From contig OX597827.1 of assembly GCA_951406725.2 (NCBI GenBank), forward strand, positions 39,680,001 through 39,744,000: 64,000 nucleotides of DNA. The letters are read 5' to 3'. This DNA comes from Octopus vulgaris (taxonomy: Eukaryota). The notes beneath the pieces are model-generated. The model worked only from the letters and a program-made list of their open reading frames with translations, was not told the origin of the DNA and did no database searches. Positions 37,471 through 49,630 of this stretch are shown here, in pieces (position 1 is the stretch's first letter; every line of letters starts with the position of its first letter). The translations under genes were made by a program, and so were the position numbers.

Positions 37471-37911
37471 ACTGACTCAAATTATGAGTAACAATTCCTT
37501 TATTTACATTGGAGTGTTGGGGGGTGATATGTTTATATTAAAGTGAATGAAACCTGTACCCAGTTATCTTCCCCTCCCCTACAACTAACATTACGTCATC
37601 AATGATAACAACCAGTCTACATACGCCCACCCATAAACCTATCTAAAATACTACACACACAAACACATGATGAACAAATGAAGGCACCTCAACATGGTTA
37701 TTTGATCAGTTAGAATTAGTAGCTAAATCTCAAAAATCACAACCTTTCAGCTAAAAATAAAATATTAAAAAAAGACCACAATGAATAATGTTCTACCAGA
37801 TACATTATGTTTGAAAGTAATATGGGATGGTCATGGTTGGAATACCTCTAATCATAAATCTGTTTACTCAAAAGTTAAACAACACACAACAAATGTATGT
37901 GTCCATTATAC

Positions 37912-38125
37912 TGGTTTCGAATTTTCCCACAAGGCCAGCAATTTCCAAGGAGTGGGCCAGTCGATTACATTGTCCCAGTATTTAACTGGTACTTATTTTA
38001 TCAACCCTGAAAAGATGAAAGGTAAAGTCGACCTCAACAGTATTTGAACTCAGAATGTGAAGATGGATGAAATGCCACTATGCATATTGCCCGGTATGCT
38101 AACAATTCTGCTAGCTTACTGCCTC
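37912..38125 (-). mobile_element. SINE family B
   Basis: ggtttcgaattttcccacaaggccagcaatt...gaaaggtaaagtcgacctc...tttgaactcagaatg. Confidence 0.85.
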
Positions 38126-40627
38126 GTATCCATTTTGTTAATTTTCAGTTGGATGAAGTCTGGAATATATGAGCCATGGTATTAAAGACAGTAAAATCAT
38201 TCTGCTAACTCACTACCATTTAATAATGTTTTCTTGATCCAGTATTGAAGCACTCTATACAATCACTTGACCAGCTAGTTGTAGCAGCCAAATTATACCT
38301 CAAATTACATTGTTATTGACATTCTGTGACAGGTCAACACAATCCAAGTCAGTTCTTTGAAGTAACTGTGCTCCAAAATGGATCGAGAATCCTGCCACAT
38401 TCATAAATTCTATTTTTGGTATGGTTTTGAATGGTTGGACATCCTTCCTAGCACCAACCATTTTACACAGTACACTGAGTGCGTTTTAATGTGGCACTAG
38501 CATTAGACAAGTTGTCATGTCTTTGACAAAATTAAAGGGTCCCCCTGACCCTTCATGGATTTGCTCATTAGCCAACCACTTTACAGAGTGTACAGGGCAC
38601 ATTTTATCATAACACCAGTCTTTGTGAGGTTGTCTTGTATTCCACTGAGATAAAAGAATCTTCACAGCTCTATTTTGTTTCTGTTCACTATGAACATAAA
38701 AGAATAGTAGGAAACATTGAATAATGACTGAATTCAAGATGAGATGGTCACAGTTTAATACAGCTGACCAGATGTCTGCTTGATTATGGCTGACTTGGGG
38801 TTAAATACAACAGCAATATTTTTGTATGGTTCACAACTTTTTAGGAGAATGATGAAATGAAATTGAATCTTATTTAAATGATGCCAAAGGAATAAAAAAA
38901 AATATTACACTTGTAGAATTTGAACCTAGCATCAAAATTAAACACTGGGTACTGCCCTAATGTTAAATTTCTCTCCTACATGGCAAAAAAATTTATTCTG
39001 GTTAGCAAATTTGTACTTAACTGTTTGCTGATACAGACCAAAAGCTAGTTTTTTATATTTTAGATCAGAAGTAGAAAACATTTTCATGTTGAAAAGCCAT
39101 ATTGAAGTTAATTGCCGTCTGTCAAGGACTCGTTTCAAAGACGTTTGCTACTGTCAAACCTATTGTTTATATAAAAACCCCAACAAAATGTATAAAAAGA
39201 ACAGAGTTTCAAAATAAGCAGCTCTATTGCAACTGTTTTATTTATTATGTTTTCATTTTCCTCAGATCTTTATGTTTTTAACATAAATGTAATTATTTTA
39301 AACATGTAATTACAATTGTAGATAAAGAAATTTAAATAAATAAATGTTTCTAAAATTTGCAATTTGTGGAAAAGAGTCTTTTTAAATAGAATTATATCAA
39401 CGATATATATCAAAGATAATGATTTTCTCTGAAATCTTGTGTTTCTTTAAGAAGGCTGCACTTTGTCCTTCAAAAGGTAACATGTTTCCCATGGACTCTC
39501 CTGCTGAAGATAACATATGTGTGTTTAGATTTTGCACAAATGATTTGTTTATAGTGTAGCTCACACTCTCCATCAAATCGATGTTGCCTGTAGCCTGAAT
39601 AGGTGCACAGTGTACCATGTGTCAGGTCAAAGTGATTGCAGAGGAATGTGAGATGAAGTGTCTTTGCTCAAAAACACAATGCACCACCATGTCTAGGAAT
39701 TGAAACTATGATCTCGCAATTGTGAGTGCAACACCCTAACCACTGGGCCATGTATCCTGACAATAATGATAATAATGATAATTTTTAAAACAGGCACAAG
39801 GTCGCAAATTTTGCATAAAAGGTACATACAATTAAACTTGATACCAATAATTATTTGGTATTTTTACCTATTATTTACAGGTAAAAAGTCAACTATGACA
39901 ATTGAACATAAACAGCAACAACAACAATAATAATAATAATAGTAATTTTTCCTCAATAATGACACAAGAAGTGTTGATATTATCACTTACATAGAAATTC
40001 TTCCCCAGTAGAATGTTTGCACTGATTTTTTTAATGCTTAAGAAACTCAAAAATTATGTATCAAACCAAAGGTGAGATTTGAACTCAGAACTTCAGAACT
40101 GCAGGAAAAAAATATCCAGTATAATGAAGTCTGGCACACTACCATCTCATTCATTCCCATTACCAAAAACAATGTTACTAACAAACATCATCTCTTCCAC
40201 TGTTCTTAACATCTGTGCCAACACAACCTCTCTAAAACACAAATAAATCAACTGACCTTGAGGGTCACAAAGGGGCAGGCGGGGGGGGGGAACAGGAAGG
40301 GAACGTGTCTTTTTGTAGGTAATTTGAAGAGGTTTTTGAATATCACACTACTTGGTGAGAAGTGTGTCTGAGTGTGTGTGTGTGTAAATATGCACAGAGA
40401 AATACACATATAGTTTTCTAAGAACCTGAATGCATGCATGTACACTTGTACTTATGCTTATGCATGCATCACTTTAAGTGTGTATGTTTGTGTATGTACA
40501 CACACACACACACGTGTGTGTGTGACTATGCATGTCTGTAGGTAAGTGTATACATATCTATGTAAGTATATCTGTGTACACAGAGAAACGCACACACACA
40601 CATGTGAATGTATATGTGTATTTTCAA

Positions 40628-40668
<41 letters not shown>

Positions 40669-41237
40669 AGGATGCCTACATTGAAGAGTCTGATGACGTA
40701 TGTGTGTAAAAGTATGTGTATGTGAATCTTTGTATGTATGTGTGTATGAATGAATGAATGGGTGTGTGCTTGCATGTGGACATGTATGCGAACGTATGTA
40801 TCTGCTTGTATGTAAATCTCACATGTTCTGAAACACCTGTCTTTCCCATTTACTATCCTAGGCCTCTTAAAATGAGATCTTTCTTTACTTCTCTACTATA
40901 TCTGAAGGGAGAGAAGATTCAATACAAGAAAGAAGGTCTATGTCTTACTTTTTCTTTCTTTCTTTCCTTCCTTTTTTACAGGTTTTTCCCAGTTTATTTT
41001 TTGGCACAGGTTCCAAAATGCAGACATATCTTGAGGGTTAAGTATAAAGTGGCAGGCAGCTCAGAAAATTCTTAAGATTTAGCATATTTCTAGAAAAGCT
41101 TAACAAACTAGAGTTTTTTTGTTCTTTGTTTTTATTTTTGGTTGAGTGTAGAAGACTAGAAAGATGGTGATAATGAAGGAAGGAGAAGTGTATGTATGAA
41201 TGTATTAACATGTGTGCATACATTTATCTACACAAAC

Positions 41238-41268
<31 letters not shown>

Positions 41269-41974
41269 TATATATAAACATGTATACTTACATTCATACA
41301 AACATATATACATGCATTCATACACATATATATATATATATATAAACATGTATACTTACATTCATACAAACATATATACATACATTCATACAAACATATA
41401 TACATACATTCATACACATATAGGTACATACATGTACATACATATACATAGAACATACCCACAGCATACATGCACACACACAATCATCATCATCATCATT
41501 GTCATCATCATTAACATTGTCGTTTCATATCTGTCATGCTAGTACAGGTGAGATAGATTGTAATAGTCTGCATCATCATGCAACACTTAGACACAGAGAA
41601 AACCTTGCCAACTTTGGTGCTGTGCACATCTTGCAGTGTGGACTAGGTGTGTTTTTCTCATGCCATCAACATTCAGGGTATCGCCCCATTGCAAAGAGAG
41701 TTAAAGCATTCCCTCTATCCTATATCAGTTCTTTCTTGAGAGTTGTAGCCTTCCTTGACAAGTAACCAATGATGTGGCTTGCAGAAGATACATCACATTT
41801 GTCTGTTCCATTTCAGCTTGTCTTCTACAGCTGGATGCTCTTCCTATCACCAACCATATTACAGTAACTATTAGCTTTTCAGGGAATTGTCCAAAGTAAG
41901 GAGAATGGAAGAATCTCACCTACTCTGTACTGGTTTATATTTTGGGTTACTGGTCTCCTAGATGAGTAGTTTGA

Positions 41975-42138
41975 GATGTGGCTTATGAAGTACACTTCTT
42001 GTGCAAATATTTCCCCAACCACAAGGTTCCAGATTTAGTGCCACTGCATGATACCTTAGGCAAATGTCTTCTACTCCAGCCTCAGTCCAACCAAAGGCTT
42101 GTGAGTGAATTTGGTAGACAGAAACTGAAAGAATCCCA
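41975..42138 (+). mobile_element. SINE family A 5' half, cut off by the RTE LINE
   Basis: ccaaccacaaggttcc...ccttaggcaaatgtcttctact...ggtagacagaaactgaaagaatccc directly abuts the (CAT)n tail of the LINE. Confidence 0.75.
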
Positions 42139-44480
42139 ACATCATCATCATCATCATTTAATGTCTGTTGTCCATGCTAGCATAAGTTGGATGGTTTGAC
42201 TGGGCTGGCATGCTGGAAAGCTGCACCAGTCTGAATTTCTATGGTTTTCTATGGCTGGATGCCCTTTCTAATGCCAACCACTCCGAGAGTATAATGGGTG
42301 CTTTTATATGCCACCAGCATGGGTGCCATTTGCATGACACCACAGTGCTTTTACATGCACAGGTGCCAATTTGTGTATCTACTGTATCTGTATTTGTGTG
42401 ACACTGGTATCTGCCATGACTGCGATTTTGCTCAGCTTGATGGGTCTTCTCAAGCACAACATAATGCCAAAGGTCTCACTTATTGCTTCCACAAGGCCCA
42501 ACACTCAAAAGGAACTCAGCCACTTTGCCTCCATGAGGCCCAGTGCATGAAAGGTGTTCTTTACGTGCCACCACCACGAGTGCACTTGGCTTGATGAGTC
42601 CTCTCAAGCACAGCACATCGCTAAAGGTCTCGGTCACTAGTCATTGTCCCTGTGAGGCTCAAAGTTTAAAGCTCATGCTTCACCACCTTGTCCCATGTCT
42701 TCCTGGGTTTACCCCTACGACAGGTTCTCTCCACAGTCCTCTTCCATACACATCACATAACCATACCAGTGTAGTCATCTCTCTTGCACACCCTATCTGA
42801 TGCCTCTTATGTCTAACGTTTTTCTCAAGATGCTTACACTGACATGGCACATCCACTGAAGTATACTGGTTTCATTTGTTTCAAGCCTTCACATGTCCTT
42901 GGCTATCACAGCCCACATTTCACTGCCATGCAGCATAGCTGTTCGCACACAGGCATCAAACAATCTGCCTTTCACTCTGAGCAGGAGGCCCTTTGTTGCC
43001 AGCAGGGGTAGGAGCTCTCTGAACTTTTCCAATCCTAATCTTATTCTCACAGCTACACTCTTGGAGCATCCATCTCTACTACTAACTTGGTCACCTAGAT
43101 AACAGAAGTTATCTACTACCTCTAGCTTCCCCACCACCCCGGGCAGTTGATGGAGTCTATTTTCTGCACATTTTCAGCGTTTATTGTACCTGTGCATCTT
43201 CCACATACAAAAACTAGTTTCCCTGTTAACTTTCCTCTGATATAGCTGCACCTTTTATGTGTCCAAAAATAACACTAGGTGCATCTTATGAAGTTTCTAC
43301 CTACACCCTTTCTACAGATCAAGCAGGGCCACCTACCTGAGGGGATTTGCTATTTGTCTACTTTCTTAGTTACTAAGACTTTGGTTTTTGTTAGGTTAAC
43401 TCTAAGGCCCTTTGATTCTAGACTTTGCTTCCATAACTGGAATTTCTTCTCTAGTTCTCTGTTATTGCCTGAAGAACTATGATGAATGAGTGGAGGCTGA
43501 GCACTGATCCTTGTTGAATCCCTGCTTGTACTCTGAATTCTTCACTTTACTCATTGCCAACCCTCACCTTACTGGTAGCATCCTTGTACAGCTCTCACCA
43601 ACCACTCATCTATCACTAGGTTCTGCATTGACTACCAGATAAGGGATCGGGGGACCATGTCAAAGGCTTTCTTCAACTCAACAAAGGCCAAGTACAGAAG
43701 TTTATCTTTGGCTATGTATTTCTCCTGCAGCTGTATTACCAGAAATATAATATCAGTGACACAAAACCAAACTTCATCTCATCTAAGCTAACTCTCTCCC
43801 TAATTAGTTGAGCCATGACTCACTCTGTAACTTTCATTGCCTGATCCAGCAATTTGATACTTCTGTAATTATTTCTATCTAAGGCATCATCTTTAATTTT
43901 ATCACAGTTGACTTTGGCGCTGCTTCGACAGTCATTGGGTATGACTCCTTCATGAACCACCTGATTTACAATACAGATGACTAGACTATAACCCACATTG
44001 CCAGATATTTTAAGCATCTCAGCGGAGATTCCTGATGAGCTGGGGGCTTGTCTTCATATCCTTAATTGCTTTATCTCTCATGGAACTGTCAATTCGGGTA
44101 TGTGGTCCCTCAACTGGGTCAACAGTTGGCAGACGCTTCTCCTCCCACTTATTCTGTATGTTCAGCAGTCTTTCATAATGGCATTTCTAAGCCTCTTACT
44201 TTGCAGAATCATTACATGCAAGTTCACCATCATCCATACTCTCTTTTTCTTTTACTCTCTTTTACTTGTTTCAGTCATTTGACTGCAGCCATGCTGGAGC
44301 ACCACCTTTAGTCGAGCAAATTGACCCCAGGACTTATTCTTTGTAAGCCTAGTACTTATTCTATTGGCCTCTTTTGCCAAACTGCTAAGTTACGGGGACA
44401 TAAACACACCACTATCGGTTGTCAAGCGATGTTGGGGTGACAAACACAGACATACAAACACACACACACACACACACACG

Positions 44481-44550
<70 letters not shown>

Positions 44551-45100
44551 CACATATATATGACAGGCTTCTTTCAGTTTCTATCTACCAACTCCACTCA
44601 CAAGGCTTTGGTCGGCCCAAGGCTATTGTAGAAGACACTTTCCCAAGGTGCCATGCAGTGGGAATGAACCCAGAACCATGTGGTTGGTAAGCAAGCTACT
44701 TAGCACACAGCCACTCCTGCGCCACTACAGCCACATTTCTCTCCTACGACATCACAATTTTCTCTCACACACCGTCTTGCAATCTGAAACACTTCAGTTC
44801 TTTCATCCTCACATCACTGAACATAGACAAATTCTTTTCTGCTTCTCCCTTGGCTAGACACACTTGTCTCCTAGCAGCCCTTCTGGCAATCTGATACAGT
44901 TTCCTGCTATCTCCATTCTTCCAGGCTTTCCAGGTCTGTTTCTTAACTCTAATGGCCCTGTCATTGTTCCACTACCACATTACCCTAGGTCTGGATGGGA
45001 CACTGCACCAGCCACAGATTTGGTCTGTGGCACTCAGCAATCTGTCCCTTAGGAATTCCCAGCTGTCCTCTATGTCGCAAGTCTGTAGCTCCCCTCATTG
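42139..45100 (-). mobile_element. RTE-clade LINE, 5'-truncated and defective (RT region, PHD-type finger, 3' UTR, (GAT)n tail)
   Basis: Minus-strand peptides GVIPND...DALDRNNYRSIKLLDQAMKVTE, GIQQGSVLS, LRVNLTKTKVL and LEVVDNFCYLGD...VKGRLFDACVRTAMLHGSEMWAV are typical of RTE RT. Many stops and frameshifts; no endonuclease seen; interrupted by SINE A at 44240-44720. Confidence 0.92.
44240..44720 (-). mobile_element. SINE family A, full length, nested in the RTE LINE
   Basis: Complete from tail (ttttacttgtttcagtcatttgactg) to head (cacacagccactcctgcgcc); LINE sequence resumes on both sides. Confidence 0.92.
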
Positions 45101-45443
45101 TAATAGCAGTTAAGAGTCAAAGAAAGAGAGAATGAGAACTAAGAATTCATCTTACCTTAGACGTTATCACATGACCATTATGTTTCTCTGTACTATTTTC
45201 ATTACAATCCATAGCCACATTGCAGCCAACTGTTTGTTGATTGGGTGTTTGAGATAACTGAATACATCAAATCATCACTAGTCAAGGGGGTCACTGAAAA
45301 AAAACAATGGGAAAAGTACCTATGTAAAAGGGTCAGTTAGAACAGTTTAAATCAAGGGCTTATTTTATTGTATGTATGTATGTATGTATGTATGTGTATG
45401 TGTATATATATATATATATGTATGCATGTATGTATGTATCAAA

Positions 45444-46691
45444 TTGGGTCATCCCATAAATAATGCGGTTTTTTTATACCTCTTTTATTTTTGAAAATTA
45501 AGATGACAAAGTTCTTTTTTAATATAAAATATACTCTCCTTCATTTTCTACAATGCTCTACCATCTATCTCGTAGACTTGCAAGGTTCCTCTTCCAAAAT
45601 TCACTTGTCCATGACAAAAAATACTCCCCTACTACTGTTCTGACCTCATCTACAGAGTTCATATTTTTTCTGTCCAAATGATTTTGAAGACTGCAGAATA
45701 AATGATAATCAGATGGGGTAATGTCTGGCAAATATGGTGGGTGGGGCATTGTCTCCCATTCAAACTGCTCCAGCCTTTGGAATGTCATCCTTGATGTATG
45801 TGGCTGAGCATTATCCGGATGGAAGAACACCTTCCGTCTTGAAAGGAAAGATGATCATTTTTCTTCTAGTGCTGAGTTAAACTGCTCAAACTGCTCTCAG
45901 TAGATCTCCTTTGGTATCATTTGGTTTGGTTTTAAAAGTTCAAAGTGGACTGAATCTTTCATATCCCACCAATCAGATAATAACACCTTAGTTGGGTGAA
46001 GATCTTTAGCCTGGGGTGGCAATGTTTCTCCTTTCCCTACCCACAGTCTTCAGCACTTGGTATTTTTATAGAGGGCCCATTTCTCATCACCAGTTACTAT
46101 TGACAGCAAAGAAGAGCACACATTCATTCTCTGCATGCGATTTGACTCGGAAAGTTTGTAAGGAACCCACTGACCCTATTTGCTGACTTTTCCAATGGCA
46201 CGCAGGTATCAATGAATGATTAAATGACCAAATCCAAGCTTCTCTGCTAGTTCCTCAACAGTTACAATGGGATTTTGTTCCACCAGGGTTTGCAGGATGT
46301 CCTCATCAAGCTTTACTGATCTTCCAGGATGAGGCTCATCTTCTATGCTGTAGTTTCCGGCTCTCAATTTGTGGAACCACTGTTGACATTGGCTTATGCT
46401 TATTGTCTAATCCCCATATACTGCATTAATATTCCTTGCACTTTCCATTGTGTTGATGCCTTTATTGAACTCATAAAGCAAAATATGCCGAATATGCTCC
46501 TTTGTCACTTCCATTATAGCTTTGAAAAAATAACTGTTAAAATCGGACTGCACTCTTCAAAACTTGCACTAAGAATAAGTACAAGGTAAAATTACTACCT
46601 GCTTTTATAGCACGTTGATGCAGATAGTTTATCCTATCCTCCTCTGACTTATAGTTCATGCAATTGAAAAAACTGCATTATTCATGGGATG

Positions 46692-46697
<6 letters not shown>
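45444..46697 (-). mobile_element. Full-length defective mariner (DD34D, cecropia/Hsmar1-like), ~1.25 kb
   Basis: TIRs ttgggtcatcccataaataatgcggttttt (45444) and aaaaactgcattattcatgggatgatccaa (ends 46697, followed by TA). Confidence 0.93.
45519..46514 (-). pseudogene. Mariner transposase pseudogene
   Basis: MEVTKEHIRHILLYEFNKG...QWF.KLRAG...EDEPHPGR (HTH), WVPYKL, IVTGDEKW, FHPDNAQPH...HPPYLPDITPSDYHLF; several stops and frameshifts. Confidence 0.92.
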
Positions 46698-46741
<44 letters not shown>

Positions 46742-46744
<3 letters not shown>

Positions 46745-47468
46745 GATGGGTGGAAAGTAACTAGGCATTAGAAATTGCTTATAGAATTGTCAGTATCACT
46801 GAAGTTATGATGAAAACATTTTTTTAAATAGACAACACTAATGGTGATTTCTTATTGTCTTATTTCTTATTTCCCAGATGGCTGGTCGCCTGACTGCCCA
46901 GGAGTGAGCTAAGAGAGCATGCTATGAAGTGTGAAATTTCATTGGTTTGATTCAGAGCTGGTGGCATGCATGGAAAGTAAGCATGCAACATTACATCCAG
47001 AGACTAAAAAGTTGTCATGCAAAGCTGATGACCACAGGCTCTGTTAATGATGCAAGAAAAAGTGGCTGTCCAATCACATTCCAATCAGCAGAGAATGTGG
47101 CAACAGTGCAGGAGATGCTTAATTGCAGCCTGCAAAAATCAACACATCAAGCAGCTTGTGAAAGTGGACTAACAAGGTACACAACAGGTACAGTGTTGCA
47201 TAAAGAATTAAATTTTCATCCGTGGAAACCCCATTACATGCAGGAGCTAAAACCTGAAGTCTGTGACTGCAGAATGGAATATGGAGAGTTAATGCTAGGA
47301 TGATATGAAGATTGGCCTGAACTGTTTGCAAACATCCTCTGGAGTGATGAGGCTGGGATGTTATAATACCAATCGCACACTGGAGGACTTGGAGACACAG
47401 ATTCAGGAGATTCTCAATGATAACCCAGATGACGTCCTTCAGAAGGTTGTTCATTCCATCTCTGGTCA
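46742..47468 (+). mobile_element. Tc1/mariner remnant (DUF4817-like HTH; rosa/DD41D-like), catalytic core deleted
   Basis: Starts TA|caggatgggtggaaagtaact. ATG 46878: MAGRL...CHAKLMTTGSVNDARKSG.P...KSTHQAACESGL...KELNFHPWKPHYMQELKPE...NILWSDEA, then jumps to C-terminal RTLEDLETQIQEIL. Right TIR missing. Subfamily call is inference. Confidence 0.8.
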
Positions 47469-47749
47469 CAATACCCTTAAAGCCAGGATCTTTTCAGCAT
47501 CCCTTTGTATAACTAATGGAATATTTCACGCAATATAAGAGAAATCAGTTAAAAATTGTTTAGTTTGTGTCACAGCACCTTTTTTTTATGTTCTTACTCC
47601 TCCTAACTTCAGAAGGTTGGCTATGCCTTTGGTGCCATCCAGAAGGACTTACCTAGAGTCATCATCAAAATGGTAGGAGGTTTCTAAGGATTAGTGCTTA
47701 GTCCCAGTTCCACAATGACTGCCAAATAAGAGATAAATCTTCCCCTAGA

Positions 47750-48590
47750 GAGGAAACTAGTCTATTGCAAGTTAACTTTTCTCACTGCAGGAAATTAACT
47801 CAGCATTAAAAGACCTAGAATGGAAATTATCAAATGTTACTGCCACTCCTAATTGAGAGTATGTACTCTCTCTCAGAGGATTTATAAAAACTGGAGATAT
47901 GACAAAATTACTACAATCATATACTGATAAATCTGTATGAAATTTGGATTTGAGCATGAGGGAAAAGGGCATGACCATAAAATAGAGCATATCCTTTAGG
48001 CAAATAGAACATTCATACCCAAATGTTGTCACACTCAGCAAAGAGGAATGTTACATAATGTGTTGCTTGCTCATTTGATACAAGAACAGCTGACTAAGAA
48101 TGTGAGAAAACACCAAAATACCAGGACCTACATTATGAACTTCAGAAAATTTGAAATGGCTGTAAAGCTATCATTGTACCAATTATAGCAGGAGCATTCG
48201 GAACAGTTGCAAAGAATTTAACCCTTTTGAGACCAATCTATTTGAAACTGCTCTAAGTCTATTATACAAACTTCCTGCTTTAAAGGAATCTAAATTAAAA
48301 ATTGCTATCAAAATTTTACATTAATTTATTTCCCAAACAACAACTTGATAATGACAGATATTTTACTAAATTGTTTGTTATTTTCAAAATCAATGGAAAC
48401 ATGCTAACAAATGTGTCAAATAGAGGATGTTGGATACTGAGATGAATTTCCTGATTCTTTTGAAAACCTGTTCACCTGGCATCAAATTGAATGTAGTAAA
48501 GGAGCTAGATACCAGAGATTGTTGGGTGCAACTTCATATTTGATAATCCAAAACTGAGAGAACAATAAAGAATTTACTATGCTGAGTGAA
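47750..48590 (+). mobile_element. Heavily decayed R4/Dong-like fragment interrupted by a MITE
   Basis: YKNWRYDKITTII...ICMKFG...HDH (cf. RHD.V...IHW.LC) and KYQDLHYELQKI...IVPIIAGAFGTVAKNL. Confidence 0.65.
48218..48419 (-). mobile_element. piggyBac-type MITE (outer), copy 3, empty internal TTAA site
   Basis: TTAAcccttttgagacc end; internal aaacttcctgcttTAAaggaatctaaatt (about 48280) matches the insertion junction of copies 1 and 2 but has no insert. Confidence 0.75.
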
Positions 48591-48614
48591 CAAAAGGAAC
48601 GATAATAATGTTTA

Positions 48615-49630
48615 GTGACCTTGATACAAGGCCACAAATGTGTAATGGAAGGGATTTTGTGATTGTGTCAGCATCATAAATTATTGATATTTGATCTGTA
48701 TGAGAGAAATAAAAGTCAAAAATGACCCACAGCAAATTTGGAACTCAGATCACTAAGAGATATAGCTAAAATATTGAATCTATTTTAAAATCAAGTATTC
48801 TTTTAATAATCTACTTTATGCACAAGGCCAGAAATTTTTGAGGGAAGGGATTTGTTGATGTTACCCCAGTACTTGATTGGTACTTTAAACAATGCTGAAA
48901 TGATGAAAGGCACAGTTGACTCAAGCAGGATTTGAACCCAGAATGTAGAATCAAGAGAAATACAACTATGTATTTATTCTGACACTATAATGGTTCTGCC
49001 ATCTCACCACTGCACCCCCGCCTACCGAAAATAATAGTGATTATGATGATTTGTTACATACACACAAGGCCCTCAGATTTGTAAAAACGAGTAGAGTTGG
49101 TTATATTAACTGGACAGGTACTTCCATTTTATCAATCCCAAAAGAATACAAGATGTAATTAACCCTAGTTGGATTTGAACTCAGAATATAAAGTGGAACT
49201 GATGATAAAAATAACAATCTTTGACATTGGTATATGGTCACAAAGTTTGAGACAGAGAACAGTCATCTCAAATGACTGCTCAATATTTCACTGGTATTTT
49301 TTTTATTGAACCCAACAAGAAATATAAAGCCAGCCCTGTCAGAATTTGAACTCAGAATACCAAGAGAAGAGGCATTACTAAATACCACAACGCATTTCAT
49401 ATGTTGTCTCAGTAGATTCTGCAACTCAAAATTTTACCTACCACTGGCACAAGTCCATTAGTCTTTTATGCAGTGTATATAAGTTAAATTAGTACTCAGT
49501 ATATGACTGGTATATATTTTGTCAGTCCCTTGAAGGATGAAAGCCAAAGTTAAACCCTGGTGAGATTTGATAATAAAATCAATGGTATGTAACCTAATAC
49601 CACATGGCATTTAATCTAACATCACCACCA
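48615..49630 (-). mobile_element. Array of about 5 degenerate SINE family B copies, same orientation
   Basis: Recurring caagg...ggta.tt...atttgaac.cag modules at about 48620, 48812, 49055, 49220 and 49440. Confidence 0.7.

Noticed and set aside
36978-37480. Poly-Glu/Arg/Ser ORFs
   Set aside because: Translation of the (GAA)n tract.
39397-39618. 73-aa ORF with natural-looking composition
   Set aside because: Its 5' part overlaps the SINE D copy at 39545-39760; no motif or splice support.
45558-45830. Domesticated SETMAR-like gene or active transposase
   Set aside because: It lies inside TIR-bounded mariner DNA with stops and frameshifts, and no SET domain exon is visible.
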